A model generated the notes under the pieces. That model made no database searches. It was not told the DNA's origin and saw only the letters and a list, made by a program, of their open reading frames with translations. From contig OZ249438.1 of assembly GCA_965235115.1 (NCBI GenBank), forward strand, positions 6,510,001 through 6,574,000: a stretch of 64,000 nucleotides of DNA, read 5' to 3'. Of the stretch, positions 37,101 to 48,914 are shown in pieces. A program made the position numbers and the translations under genes. The first letter of the stretch is position 1; every line of letters starts with the position of its first letter. Source of the stretch: Laetmonice hystrix. Taxonomy: Eukaryota.

Positions 37101-38169
37101 TGAAGGGTAGAGGGGCGACCCAGTATCCTCTGTCATCCTTGACAAACACATCCCGCATGATTGTCATGAATTGTCGGTCCTCATTCGACAGACCAGGTTT
37201 ATCATCATTCTTTGTTTTGATGAACACATCTCGGCCTATGCTGTCTTCTGTTTTGCAGCTACTGTTAATGTCTGGCAGAGTGCCGGATAGCGAGTGTGAG
37301 TCAGTGACAGCATCATCGCATAGAAGGATGCGATTGGAACAAGGAGAACAGAGAGATGGTCTCCCATTGTCAACAATGTGGGTCCGGTAGACGTCGATTT
37401 TGTCAGGCTTGTGCATTCCCTTGAGGCAGATGTCCCCCACAATGACCCAGCCGAGATCAGTACGTTGTGCCCACGGAGCATTTGCTGGTCCATTACGCGA
37501 CTCCCTAACTTTAAGAAGTTGTGGTGCATCCCTGCCGATGAGTAGCATGATTTCTGCCTCTGCGCGGTAAGGTGGGATTTTAGTTGCGATTGGGCGCATG
37601 TGACTGTAGATTTTAGCGACATCAGCAGTGGGAATCTCAGACCAGTTGCTAGGGATAACGTTACATTCTGTGATTGTCGGAAGCGGCAACTGCGTGGTGC
37701 CATCGATGGACTCAATGACCAGATCATTTATACGCCTCCCTAGTGCAGCACTTGAGCCCGCACATGTTCGCAGTTCATAAGGGATAGGCTCATTGTGACA
37801 GTTAAAGTAACTAAAGAGTTTACTGCTGGCGAGGGAACGGTTGGACTGGTCGTCCAGTACTGCATACATGGTGAGGACTTTGGTTGGGTTTTTGGCACTG
37901 TAGACATTGACTAGACATATTTTGGAGCATGACCTGTTGCCAAACCCACTCTTGGCACAGATCTTGGTGCAATTGTTGACAATCTTCACTGGCTCCCCGC
38001 CGTAGACTTGGCGGGACCCAGATGCTTGAGTTTTACCTTGAGAGCATGGGTGAAGCACCGAGCAGTGCTCAGTACTGTGGCAGTCAGAACACTGTATGCG
38101 CTCGTTGCAGTCGGCAGTTACATGTTGAGTTGATGCTGTACTGGGTGAGAAGTTGCATCCTGGTATCAA
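34177..38169 (-). pseudogene. BEL/Pao pol with two in-frame TAG stops and an integrase deletion
   Basis: YAVLDDQSNRS; LLIGRD; WYLPHF..RIVFDSS; ADVEHMF; FYVDDGL; LHVFCDAS; YTDSKVVL; SDCGTNF; FWSRWRKEYL. Stops at 36115-36117 and 35674-35676; GYWI|RG junction near 34921. Confidence 0.93.
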
Positions 38170-40219
38170 TGGACTTTGCTTTAAAGGCTCTGCAGTCAGC
38201 TAGCAGGTGATTTTTAGTGTTATGGAGCATGCAAGCTTGCCTTGGGTCCATCAATGACTGCGTGCTGTGTGAACCGTACCTTTCCGGTTTCCTTTGTGAA
38301 GTGTCATTAGATGCACTGGGTCTCACGTTCGTCTTGTTGACCCGAACTGTACCATAGGTTGGTCGTGTGCCTCTAGTTGGACGATACACGTTGCTTGGAG
38401 CAAACCGGGGTGCTTTTGTTGTAATTGGAGTGATTTGCAGGCTCAGGTCATTCCAGATATTGCATAATCGTCTGAGAAAGGCTGCTAACTCAGAAAATGG
38501 GGGAAAGCTTCCTCTATACAACTCCTTATACTTGAAGGCTTCGGCCCTCCAATTGTCCACTACAGGCGGTGGAAGTTTGGCTACGATAGGTTTAATAAAC
38601 TGAGGCGTATCCAACGCTGCAAGTCCACCGAGAGAACCATCATTTTTAGCTGCTTCCACTTCCTCGACTATGTCGCTAAATCTCTGCAAGCCTGGCCCAT
38701 CCCGTGATGCCACAGTAGGTAGTTGCTCCAGCTTCCGGATGAGTGCTTGCGTTACAGCTTCATCACTACCGAAGCGCTGGTATAGACGTCCCCATGCTTC
38801 ACTTAGACCTTTGTCCGGATTGGCTATGTATGCCCTACTAAGCCGCTTCACCATCTGTTGAGCCTCAGACCCCTCAGCCATGTGCTCAGCCATCAGATTT
38901 AACTGTTCATCTGAAGAGAGTGGAACATTTTTTATCATGTTGCAGAAGGATAATCTCCAAATCCTGAAGTCCTCTGCTTTGTCCTCAAATTTAAAGATTT
39001 TAGAAGATACCAAGTCTTGCCGTAGTAAATACTCGCCAAGGTTTTTCATGGACGAAACCATAGCTGCACTTCCCTCGCCTTCCACTCGTTGCATTTCATG
39101 TGGGTAGGTGGGAGAGGAGAGATGTGGAGAGACACAGCCTGCAGTCTGCCGAGTGTAGGCCTGGTCAGCTGCTGTGCGTGGTTGATGACTGATCCCTGGT
39201 GCAGTCATGGGTGGCATAGTTGGTGACGTGGTGTTACCCTGACACGGCATGTTTGAGACAGCTGGTTGCATTATAGGTGGGTACGCAGATGATGAGAGAC
39301 GTGGCGAAACTTGGCCTGTAGTCGGCTGAGTGCGAAACTGGTCAGCTGCTGGGTATGGTTGATGACCAATCCCTGGAGCAGTCATGGGTGGCATGGTCGG
39401 CGACATGGCGTTACCCTGACGTGGCATACTTGAGACAACTGAAGGTTGTGTTATAGGTGGGTACACAGATGATGAGAGACGTGGCGAGACGTGGCCTGCA
39501 GTTGGCTGAGTGCGAAACTGGTCAGCTGCTGGGTATGGTTGATGACCAATCCCTGGTGCAGTCATGGGTGACATGGTTGACGACATGGTGATACCCTGAC
39601 GTGGCATGCTTGAAACAGCTGAAGTTTGTGTGGTTGACATACCTGTGGCAAGTGACAACTTCTGTGGAGATTCATGACATGGGCTGTGATAATGCTCATT
39701 CATGGCTGCTGTGGTTGTGAAAACTTCATTATACTGGCTGGGTGCTGACTGTCCCATGTCCAGGTCACCCATGTACACTGTGCCCTTTGTGGGTGAGACA
39801 CCCGTCACTGAGTCTGAAACCTGTCGATCAGCAGGTAAGTCAATGTTTGGCGTACTGACCTTAATAGGTTGTCCCTGAGCTTCATCAGTACCTGAGAACA
39901 TTAGGTCCACCTTTTCAGCCGGTGTAGGTAGCTGAGACACGGGCATGCACTCATCGACGCCTCCACCTTCAAGTTCACAGAACGCTTCCTCGATAGCCCG
40001 GAGCCGTGCGTCTGCTACCGCCGCTTCTTCCTCGAGATGTAACCGCTCGACCTCTAACTGGCGTACCGTGGCTTCCAGTTGAGCCTGAGCCAACCTACCT
40101 CCGCTGGCTGCTCTAGTTTTGGCTTCCGCAGCCTTAGCTCGAGCTTCCGCTATGACAGTTGATGACTGTGATGAGCTGGATGAGCCGGTATGCGACCGTG
40201 AACAGCGAGATGCTGACAT
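38084..40219 (-). CDS. BEL/Pao gag with internal 60-aa repeats
   Basis: KFEDKAEDFRIWRLSF..EAWGRLYQRFGS..IVAKLPP..W is BEL gag-like. Confidence 0.88.
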   Translation of the reverse strand: MSASRCSRSHTGSSSSSQSSTVIAEARAKAAEAKTRAASGGRLAQAQLEATVRQLEVERLHLEEEAAVADARLRAIEEAFCELEGGGVDECMPVSQLPTPAEKVDLMFSGTDEAQGQPIKVSTPNIDLPADRQVSDSVTGVSPTKGTVYMGDLDMGQSAPSQYNEVFTTTAAMNEHYHSPCHESPQKLSLATGMSTTQTSAVSSMPRQGITMSSTMSPMTAPGIGHQPYPAADQFRTQPTAGHVSPRLSSSVYPPITQPSVVSSMPRQGNAMSPTMPPMTAPGIGHQPYPAADQFRTQPTTGQVSPRLSSSAYPPIMQPAVSNMPCQGNTTSPTMPPMTAPGISHQPRTAADQAYTRQTAGCVSPHLSSPTYPHEMQRVEGEGSAAMVSSMKNLGEYLLRQDLVSSKIFKFEDKAEDFRIWRLSFCNMIKNVPLSSDEQLNLMAEHMAEGSEAQQMVKRLSRAYIANPDKGLSEAWGRLYQRFGSDEAVTQALIRKLEQLPTVASRDGPGLQRFSDIVEEVEAAKNDGSLGGLAALDTPQFIKPIVAKLPPPVVDNWRAEAFKYKELYRGSFPPFSELAAFLRRLCNIWNDLSLQITPITTKAPRFAPSNVYRPTRGTRPTYGTVRVNKTNVRPSASNDTSQRKPERYGSHSTQSLMDPRQACMLHNTKNHLLADCRAFKAKSIDTRMQLLTQYSINSTCNCRLQRAHTVF
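39110..39620 (-). repeat. About 3 x 180-bp coding repeat in BEL gag
   Basis: SSMPRQG..PMTAPGIGHQPYPAADQFRTQP..VSPRLSSS.YPP, three times. Confidence 0.9.
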
Positions 40220-41331
40220 CGTTCCGGGCGATAATGGGTGCTGTTAGCTGGGCTACACGTGGTATTCACGTGGTTGGATTGTCGGCGCTCGACTCGGCGA
40301 TGTTTGCTAGGTTTTTTACTGTACTGGAACCCCCAATCGGGAGTCGGGGACATCCCAGGCAGTTACCACAAGAAGTTCTTTCAAAGTTTGAACATACCGT
40401 CGTTTGTATTTTCGTTTCTTTTACATTGCAACTCCTCGCATCGAGGTAAAAAACCATCAGCTTTCGCCGGTCGTGCGGATCACCCGTTCTCTCCCGAGAT
40501 CCACTCCCGAGATCAGACTGTGGTGTCGCGGTATATTTAGACTTACTAAAACTAAACCAAGTCTCTCAGTTGGTTCCAGAACACCACTATTTGCCATGGC
40601 CGTTCTGGCACTTCTGTGGGCAATAATGGCTCTTTCTGCTGTCTTGTCCTGTGACTCTGGCAAGCGTCACATCTTGATACAACGTCTTCAATTTGCTTGT
40701 TGAGGCCTGGCCAGTATAAGATGTCCCTGGCCAGTTCCCTTGACAGTTCCCAAATGGGATTCATGGATGATGCCTAGCATTTCTTGACGCATAGAGCTTG
40801 GTATGACAATCTTCTTGCCCTTGTATACAATGCCATCTTCTACAGACATTTCCTCAAGGAAATCAATGTAGTGACGGTCTTCTGGGCTTGCTTGTGCCTT
40901 ATTTTCAGGCCATGCTGGGCCTTTGATGACTGTGATCAACTTGCAGGGCCATGTCTTGCCTTGTCTCTTCTTTCACCTGCAGCAACCGTCTGTCGCTGAA
41001 GTTGTATGTGGATCTGATGTCCTCTGAGCCCACAATAAATACGTTGTCTCCATCCATCAAGAACTCTGGATCTGTATGGTCCTAATACAGCAAAGACAGA
41101 CATTTCGCCATGAACGTGTGACAGGATTGCTGTCTGTGTCTGTTCCCTTTTGATACAATCGTGACATAGAGTTAGGCACAGGGATATCCTTGGCCTGTGC
41201 ACCAAATCAAATGTGTGGTGCCTGATCTTCATACACATCTGCTGGAGACGTGGTGCGAGTTGGAATAATGGCTTATCCCTCAGCTGCACAAGAGGCTTGT
41301 GGTCAGTTACCACTGTTATGTCAGATCTCTA

Positions 41332-41581
41332 CAGTCAGATCTCTACTGGAAAAACCTAGCAAGTCCACTTTGCCTCATTTTGAGAAAACTGGGACAAACA
41401 AACCATTCATCCCATTGAGGTGCTGCAAACGCTAGGTTTTTCCAGGTCAATAACTATGAATTGCGTAGAGTTCTGATCACTTGTATAGGACTATATGAAA
41501 GGGCAAAACCTAGTAAGTCCAAAAATGAGACTAACTCAAGTTGGACAAAAACTCGACTTACTAGGTTTTTCCAGATCACTG
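41332..41581. mobile_element. Tc1/mariner-type MITE (copy of 31038-31280)
   Basis: Reverse-complement match over about 240 bp; TA flanks. Confidence 0.85.
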
Positions 41582-43174
41582 TAGAATTCCACCATACAGG
41601 TAAGTATGGAATTTCTTGAAACCCCAGATGATCATGAGAAGCTCCTCAATCTGGCCGTAATTGTATTCGCTGGGGGTCAGAGCCTCTGAGGCATAATGGA
41701 TAGGCTTACCTGCCTGAAATGAGACTGCTCCTAAGCCAGGCTGGCTTGCGTCCATGCTGAGTGTGATAGGCTTCTCGAGTGAGTAGTATCCAAGTACCGG
41801 AGCAGTAGCACTTTTTAACGCTTCAAAAGCATTCTGATGACATTCGTCCCAGTGCCATCTGAACCTGGTCTGGGTTGACGTAGGGGCTCAGTCATAGATC
41901 TAAGGTTCTTTAGAAATTTACAGGTGTAAGTCACCATGCCCAGTAGTGTTTGTACATCTGGGGTGCATTTCACAACAATCGTAACCCTGTCGTCCGTAAA
42001 AATCCCCATTGAAAACACATTGGTGTTTACTATACGACAAGCTTATGACAGGTTGTGAAACGCACCCCTGCCACCGACTGTGGTTGAGGCATTTTCCAAA
42101 CTGCTGTTACTTTGTCGGGGCTGACTGCAACTCTGCAGATGGAATGTGGCCCACCCCTCAACTTTGTCGTCACATAGGTGCAATTTCTCAGGATTGAATA
42201 CTACATGGTTGGCTCGAGCTGTATGCAGAACTTCAGTGAGCCTGCGGTTGTGTATTTTCATGTTTGGCGCATGAATCAATAGGTCATCAAAGATAACTTC
42301 GCATCCCTCTGTGGTGCCAAAAATTTCCTGCATAACCCGCTGATAAATTTCAGGTGCGACGGAGATTCCCATAAGCAGTTGTTTGTAGCAGAATCTGCCA
42401 AACGGCGAGTTGAAAGTTGTGAAGAGTCTTCACTGTTCACCCAAAACAAGCTGGAAAAATCCTTGACGTGCATCCAGCTTTGTGAATAGTTTGCGGCCGT
42501 GAGTCTTGGTTATCACGTGCTCAACAGTGTTGATAGGGTGGTTTTCACGCCGAAGGGCCTGGTGTAAGTCTTTGGGATCAACTGTGATCCCAATGTCATC
42601 TGCTGTGACTGGACCTTTCCTCGAGTGCTGTGACTTCTTCAAGACTGTGTGCATCGCTGCACACCAGGAGGTGGGGGTCCCCAGTGGTATTTTCTCTATA
42701 ATACCTTCACTCTCCATCTGAGCCAACTTGTCTTTTACTGCTTCCCTCGGGGCTTCTGGGTTGGGCCTGGGGGGATGGGCAACAGGATTGGCATTGGGGT
42801 CTATATTAAGGGAAATTTCTCCTAGGGATCTTACCTAGCCCTGGAAACACATCTGTGTATTCATTCAGGATCTCAACCACCGCAGGTGCCTGACATTTCA
42901 CCTTGCTGAAAAGCTTCTCATGTTTACCATCATCCAGACCAACTAGGTTGGGGATCTTATGATCCAACACCTCACACAGGAGGGTGTACTGCTTATCCCC
43001 ATGTGATACCTCGAGAATGTGTATTGTCAACATCCACATAATCCTCAAATTCAATGTTGTGCACATGTCTATGCTTTGCTCTACACGCTCGCTCAAAGTG
43101 ATTAAAGTTTTGGAAAAATCGGCACTGTCTACCCCTCGCTGGACAGTATCCGTAAGCGTGAGAGTACCTATAGT

Positions 43175-43600
43175 TCAAACAAACAGTGTCTCGTCCGCTA
43201 TCATGTCCTCAGTTTTTAGTGCGCTAATCGTTTGTACTCTTTGGTTAGTAACCAGTAACATCAACATGACGAGTTTTGCTGCCAGTTCTCTTAACGTAAG
43301 ATTTCTTAAAGGTGATAATTCTCTTAAATATCTAAGCACAATGTCTACATCCCACATAGTTGCATATCTAGTTCTCTGTGGTCACATGTTGTACATACCT
43401 TTTAGCACGTGACATACCACTGGATGTTGTCCAAAAGGCGAGCCCTCATACCTACACAGCATCATAGAAAGTACGCTTCTTGCTATATTAATAGCACTAT
43501 ATGAGAGCCCCATTCTGAATAACGTTACTAGTAAATGAATCCCTTGTTCATCCTTTCTCCACACACATTGTGTTCCATTTCTTTATGTAAATGTAACACT
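43175..43600 (-). pseudogene. DIRS-type tyrosine recombinase N-terminal remnant
   Basis: GLSYSAINIARSVLS..GQHPVVCHVLKGMYN; WDVDIVLRYL..LTLRELAAKLVMLMLLVTNQRVQTI. Confidence 0.85.
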
Positions 43601-43879
43601 TATTGTTTTTCTGTTATATAACCCGTAATGGCTGTAATGTAGGTTGTAAGGTAGGGGTACTGAAGAAACTGGGGGGACTGTATTTTTAGGGGTACCGCTG
43701 GCCGAATGATCGGGACGGGGACAGGTGACAGCAGCCGGTGTTACAGCGAGGAGCGGTACAACCACGCCCAACCACTGACACAGCCTGGTTTAGGTATTTC
43801 CAACAGTCCAGGCAACCCTATGACATATAATTATTGTACCAATAAGGGCTGGTGATCGATGTTTATCCCTGATAAACTG

Positions 43880-44290
43880 GGGGTGGCCCGGCCAACTGGC
43901 CAAAAAAACCAGAACTACTCACGTTAGAGTATAATGATCGCTATATTGTCCACAGCTACCCGGACGCCTAGCTGACGGGTCAGTGCTGTAACTGTGGGGA
44001 GCTGCCCACCCGGAACCCTAACAACGGGTCGTTCCTATGGGCAGAACAGTAATCCAAGTGAGACCACGGCCCCGGACCCTGAGCGAGCAAAAACATGTTC
44101 ATTCTCAAGGAGGGCCAACCGGAATCTGCCTCGACTGCCAATTTTGTACACCACCCCAAAATTATTGATGCCGCGAATGCGCATCCACTAAAACAAAGTA
44201 CGGAGTCTCAGGTGTACAAAACCAGGGGCCGAGGCTGCTGGTGAAGTTAATGTTAGTGCGAAAGTGTACTTTCGTCACACTCCACCTCTG
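43880..44290. repeat. Dispersed repeat of about 400 bp, also at about 62500-62850; both copies adjacent to DIRS remnants
   Basis: AACTACTCACGTTA.AGTATAATGATCG...GTGCGAAAGTGTACTTTCGTCAC shared. Confidence 0.85.
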
Positions 44291-44329
44291 GTTAATTTGA
44301 GTCTAAGTTGGAGACTAGACTCACTCAGG

Positions 44330-47300
44330 GCCCATCTTCCCACCTATGTATATTAAGGTAACAAAAAAACTACTGACCGAAAGCTAGGCGACCGACATGA
44401 GCTTGACCATCGGACTGCAGATAATTCGGACTAGACGTGGTCACTTTGATTCCCCAATCATTTGCAAACGATCTGAACTGTCGACTGTTGAACGGCATGT
44501 TATCAGTGATTATCTCCTCCGGAATCCCGTGCCGTGCAAACACACCCTTGACGTGACTTATTATGGCACCTGCTGTCTTTGACTGACCTAGACGTCCCGT
44601 TGGGACCCGGGATAAATAGGTTCCTTTGGTTTTATGGTCTTATAACTCTGTTTTCGCCGTGAATATGGCCCCAGATGCCGACACGGCGCAAAACCACCAC
44701 TACTCACTCACTTACTCTGACCTAGACGGGCCAACTCGGGGTACTTGGAGTAACAGTCAACGCATACTAAGTAGTCTGACCCTTTAAAGGTCATCACATC
44801 CATAGCCACCTTTTGGAATGGGTACTTGGGCACACTGTGCTGCATCAACGGCTTCTTTTGTTGCGCTGGCCGGTTCCTTAGGCACGTTCCACACCGGGAA
44901 ACCATACCATTAATCTGACTGTTCATGCTGGGCCAATAGACGACTCCTCTGGCCTGAGCCTTGCACTTCTCGGCCCCCATGTGCCCTTCATGCAAGATCT
45001 GCAACATATCCTGTCTCATATTCTCTGGAATAATAAGCCTCTGGCCCATAAACAACATTCCATCTGCTACAGTCAACTCGTCACGAACATTCCAGTATGG
45101 CCGCAACTCCCTGGGCAGGGACTTATATCTGTCCGGCCACCCTGTCGTGACTACCTGCTGCAATTGCTGCAATACAACATCTTCTGCTGTTTCCTTCCTG
45201 AGCTGTTGAAGCTTGTTCGGACTGGCTGGTATGTCCCTGATAACTGCATGGACCATGACTTCAATATCATCTGATAAAGTCGGCTCTGCTTCCCCCTGCA
45301 TGTATGCCCGCGACATCGTGTCTGCTAAGAACATTTCTTTCCCTGACGTGTACTTGACATCTAAGTCATACCTCTGGAGATGCATCATCATTCTTTGGAC
45401 TCTTGGCGATGCTTTGGCAACTGACTTTTTTAGAATGATTTCTAATGGCTTATGGTCAGACTGGACCTGCACACGTTTGCCAAAAAGATATTGGTGGAAC
45501 TTGGTACATGCGTAGCAGATCGCCAGCAGCTCCTTCTCCAGCTGTGCATAGTTTTGTCAGCCGATACGCATGGTCTCCTCTTCTTCAAGAAGAGAGACTG
45601 GCGTTAGTCTCCACTCCTTCAAGAACAGAGACCTTGCCCATTCCGCCCAGTGGTGGGCGTAAGAAATGGAGACTTTCTTCTTGAAAAATGAGAGCAGGTG
45701 TATACATTTAGACAAGGAAACTAAATTCTATTCTATCCTATCCCTATCCCTATCCCTGACCTTAACCCTAACCCCTGCCCAAACATTTAGTGGAAAGTTA
45801 TCATGGGGGAAGAACCCATTAACTTAACTATAAATATTTCAAGATGGCTCCTAGGCAAAATTTGATAGGTAGGACCAAACGAAACTTCATGCAAAATTTG
45901 GTGCTTTTATCCGCTCTGTAACGGTAATCTCAAATTATTGCGCTAAGCCACCTGACTAACAGGCTTCCCTTTCTGCAAAAGGCACGCCCCTAGGCCCGAC
46001 TGAGATGCATCTGCCTGAATCATTACAGGCTTGCTCACATCATAATACTTCAACACAGGCTCGTTCACTAGTACTGCCTTTATCCTCGACAATGCCTCCA
46101 CGTGCTCACGTTGCCAACTCCACTCAACATCCTGTTTGATTAAATGGTGCAGCGGAGCTGTAATTTCTGACTCATTAGGTATGAACTTAGCCAAATATTT
46201 GATCATGCCCAACAACCACTGTAGGGACGCACAATCTGTCGGCTGTGGCATTTCTACAATCGCCTGTATTTTTTCCGGGTCAGGCGTCAATGCACTTTCC
46301 CAGGTACTTAACCTGTTTGACCTTGAACTGAGACTTATCATTGAACTTCACATTTCGCTCACTGGCCCTGCACATGACCTTGTGTACTATTGCGTCATGA
46401 TCTTTGTCATCTACACCTGCAACTATCAGGTCATCATGCACTATGTTCACTCCCATAATGTCACCGAATGTTTCATACATCTTTCTCTGCAGCACCTCAC
46501 TGGCAGAACGTATGCCAAAAGGCATTCGTAAGAAACGCTTTCGCCCCCACGGTGTATGGAAAGTAGTATAGACACTGGACCTTTCTGTTAGCTTTACATG
46601 CCAGAATGCTTTGCCTGAATTTGCCTGAATTTCCTCAGCTGTTGGGATATGGAAATGCTCCCGGCTTAGGGTCTAAACAGATCCTTAATGACCCATTTTT
46701 CTTCTCTGTGATGACTAAGTTGTTAACCCAGTCTGTAGGCCCCTCTGCATCAGCTATCACTCCACTTTCAACCAACCTATCTAAGGCCTCTTTTACCTTT
46801 TCACGTTTAGCAAACGGTATCACGTGTGGAGACTGAACGACTCCAGGCACTGATGGGTCTAATTTTATATCGTAAGGCTGTTCAAACTGCCCTAAACCTT
46901 GCCAATTCTGTGGGTACATTTCTTTCAACCCTTGGTATTTCAGGCTTTGATCACTCACAATTGTATTCACACACTTAATCAACCCCATGGCCTCGGCTGT
47001 GGCACGACCCAGTAACACTCTCTCAACCTTGTCTACAACATAGAACTCAGCTACGTGTACATCAGAACCCTGATGCGCTTTACATGTCACCTTAACACTT
47101 CCTTCTGGGCGCACCCTCATGTTTGACTGAAACCCTGTTAAAACAACATTTGTAGGCTCGAGTGTCAGTTCAGCTTTGGTACACAACTGCTTGTAAATTT
47201 TTAATGGCATCACATTTCCTTCAGCACCAGAGTCAAGTTTTGCTCTCAACTTTACTCCTTCAAAGCTTATCGTTGCAACCCATTTACCAGTCTGCCCAGC

Positions 47301-48375
47301 GGACTCACAGTTTAACACCTGGACTGTTCCAAGAAACACTTCTGGGCTTTCATCTTCACTGTCACCTGCCACACTCTGACTCATGGCATGGACCTGCCGC
47401 TGCTGACTACGATGATAGATGGCAAAGTGATTGAACCCGCCACACTGATTGCAGCGTCTCCTGTAAGCAGGACACTCCCTGGGCCCGTGTACACGACCAC
47501 TTGCAGTATTGCCTGGCACCACTGCCGTGCCCGACAGGCTGCTGACGGTCCTTGTCACTCTCGACTGAGCCCCGGTTGCCACCTTGTCTTCCGTTCATCC
47601 AACGGCCTGACCTACCCGTAGTCGTAGATGATACACCCTGAACTGCATGGACTTCGATTGGCCCACCAGTAGATATCATTTCCTTCATCTGTCGCTCTGT
47701 CGATTCTGCTGCATTGCACACATTCACAACTTTGTTGAGGGTTAACTCAGGCTCTCTTAACAGACGCTCCTTCACACGCCCATCACGTATCCCAAACACG
47801 ACTTTGTCCCCGATCATGAGATCTTCATCGGCAAACTCACAACTAGCCGCCCGAATATGTAAGTCTTTGAGCCATTGATCTACTGTCTCACCCTCTGCCT
47901 GATTGCGGCTCCAGAAACGGTACCGTTCAAAAACAGTATTCTTACGTGGCCTGCAATATTCTCCGAACTTCGTCAGCACTGTCTCATAGTCCTGTTTGTC
48001 CTCACCTTCGGCGAACGGAAACTGAGCATATATTTCCTGGGCTTCTGGCCCGGCCGCATGCAACAAAATGGCGACCTGTACCTTCTTTGCTTTGGCACCC
48101 AACTCACACGCATCGAAATAGGTCCGAAACTGACCTTCCCAACGCCGCCACGCTTCATCGACGTTGCTGACATCAAAGTCGAAACACTGGGGGGGTTTTA
48201 GCATGTCCATCCTCGATCCTTTTACAGAAACCCGGCCTCTTCTGACACCATGTCATAAAAGTACAAACACGTGCGTTGGGGTTTGTTGGGCGGAAGCCCT
48301 GCTTCTTTAATAAAGTCCACTAACACCAGGTGGCTACATGTGCTACCCGTTACAACCCAGTAGCATATCACGACA
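44330..48375 (-). mobile_element. Gypsy element: 5' LTR, tRNA-Leu-type PBS, gag, pol; 3'-truncated
   Basis: Probable LTR 48251-48375 (TGTC..GACA) followed by TGGTGTCAGAAG, complementary to the tRNA-Leu 3' end. Gag 47407-48210; KLDSGAEGN; VHDDLIV; ADASQSGLGA; HEGHMGAEKC; FARHGIPE. Confidence 0.9.
44595..44716 (+). mobile_element. 5'-truncated LINE 3' end inserted in the Gypsy integrase
   Basis: Matches 6720-6845, ends in ACTCACT; 12-bp TSD CTGACCTAGACG at 44583-44594 and 44717-44728. Confidence 0.9.
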
Positions 48376-48914
48376 GTTATGATGTTAAACCCAGTCCAAC
48401 TTGGAACAGCTTGACCCTCCTGATCTGCTTGCCTGGCAAGGAACCACGATAGGTTTTTGCTGAGGGCAGCCTGAGCAGCTTTTTTGGCATCGAGGATATA
48501 GCTGTCTTTGGTAGGGGGCCCACACGTGCACCAGGCACATAGATTTGCAGATCTTGTTGGGAAGTGCTGACAGACCTCTGTTTCTTAGTATATAATGTCG
48601 TTTATTTCACCACAAGATATTTACAAGGTAGTGTGCTATTGTAGTTTCATGTACATAGTAATAACTTCAGATGGATATTCACATTTGACCAATATGTGGG
48701 ACAGAAAAACCTTATGGTGATGTAGGGTTGAAGCTTAAAGCTTAAGTACCCTGTCTCAGTCTCAATACATGGAATTAATTGGAATAAAATGATCTTAATA
48801 CATAAAAAGGTACAAAATACTGTTACTTAATTCACTGTAAAATAGTTCTGCAGTGTGATCTATTCACTATGCGTTTTTGTATGAAAAGTCATATAATACA
48901 GTATACTATTGTAG

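Larger units (their letters stand above)
33747..40583 (-). mobile_element. Complete BEL/Pao LTR retrotransposon
   Basis: 264-bp LTRs (33747-34010, 40320-40583) with 3 mismatches; TG..CA ends; 5-bp TSD CCACT (33742-33746, 40584-40588); PPT AGGCGAGGAG; domain order gag-PR-RT-RH-IN. Confidence 0.97.
33630..43178 (-). mobile_element. Decayed Gypsy remnant (gag knuckle, protease, RT, RNase H, integrase), interrupted by the BEL element and a MITE
   Basis: CPARGRQC..NHF; FTKLDARQGFFQ; FDDLLIH; DASQPGLGA; HESHLG..YWPGLN..CDAC. EVPERPWQIV|ASDLFELNG..ADYYS reads across the BEL insertion. Confidence 0.85.

Noticed and set aside
45735-45780. Telomere-like CCCTAT/CCCTAA run (similar run near 3460-3520)
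   Set aside because: Short and degenerate, embedded in ordinary interspersed repeats; not a telomeric array.
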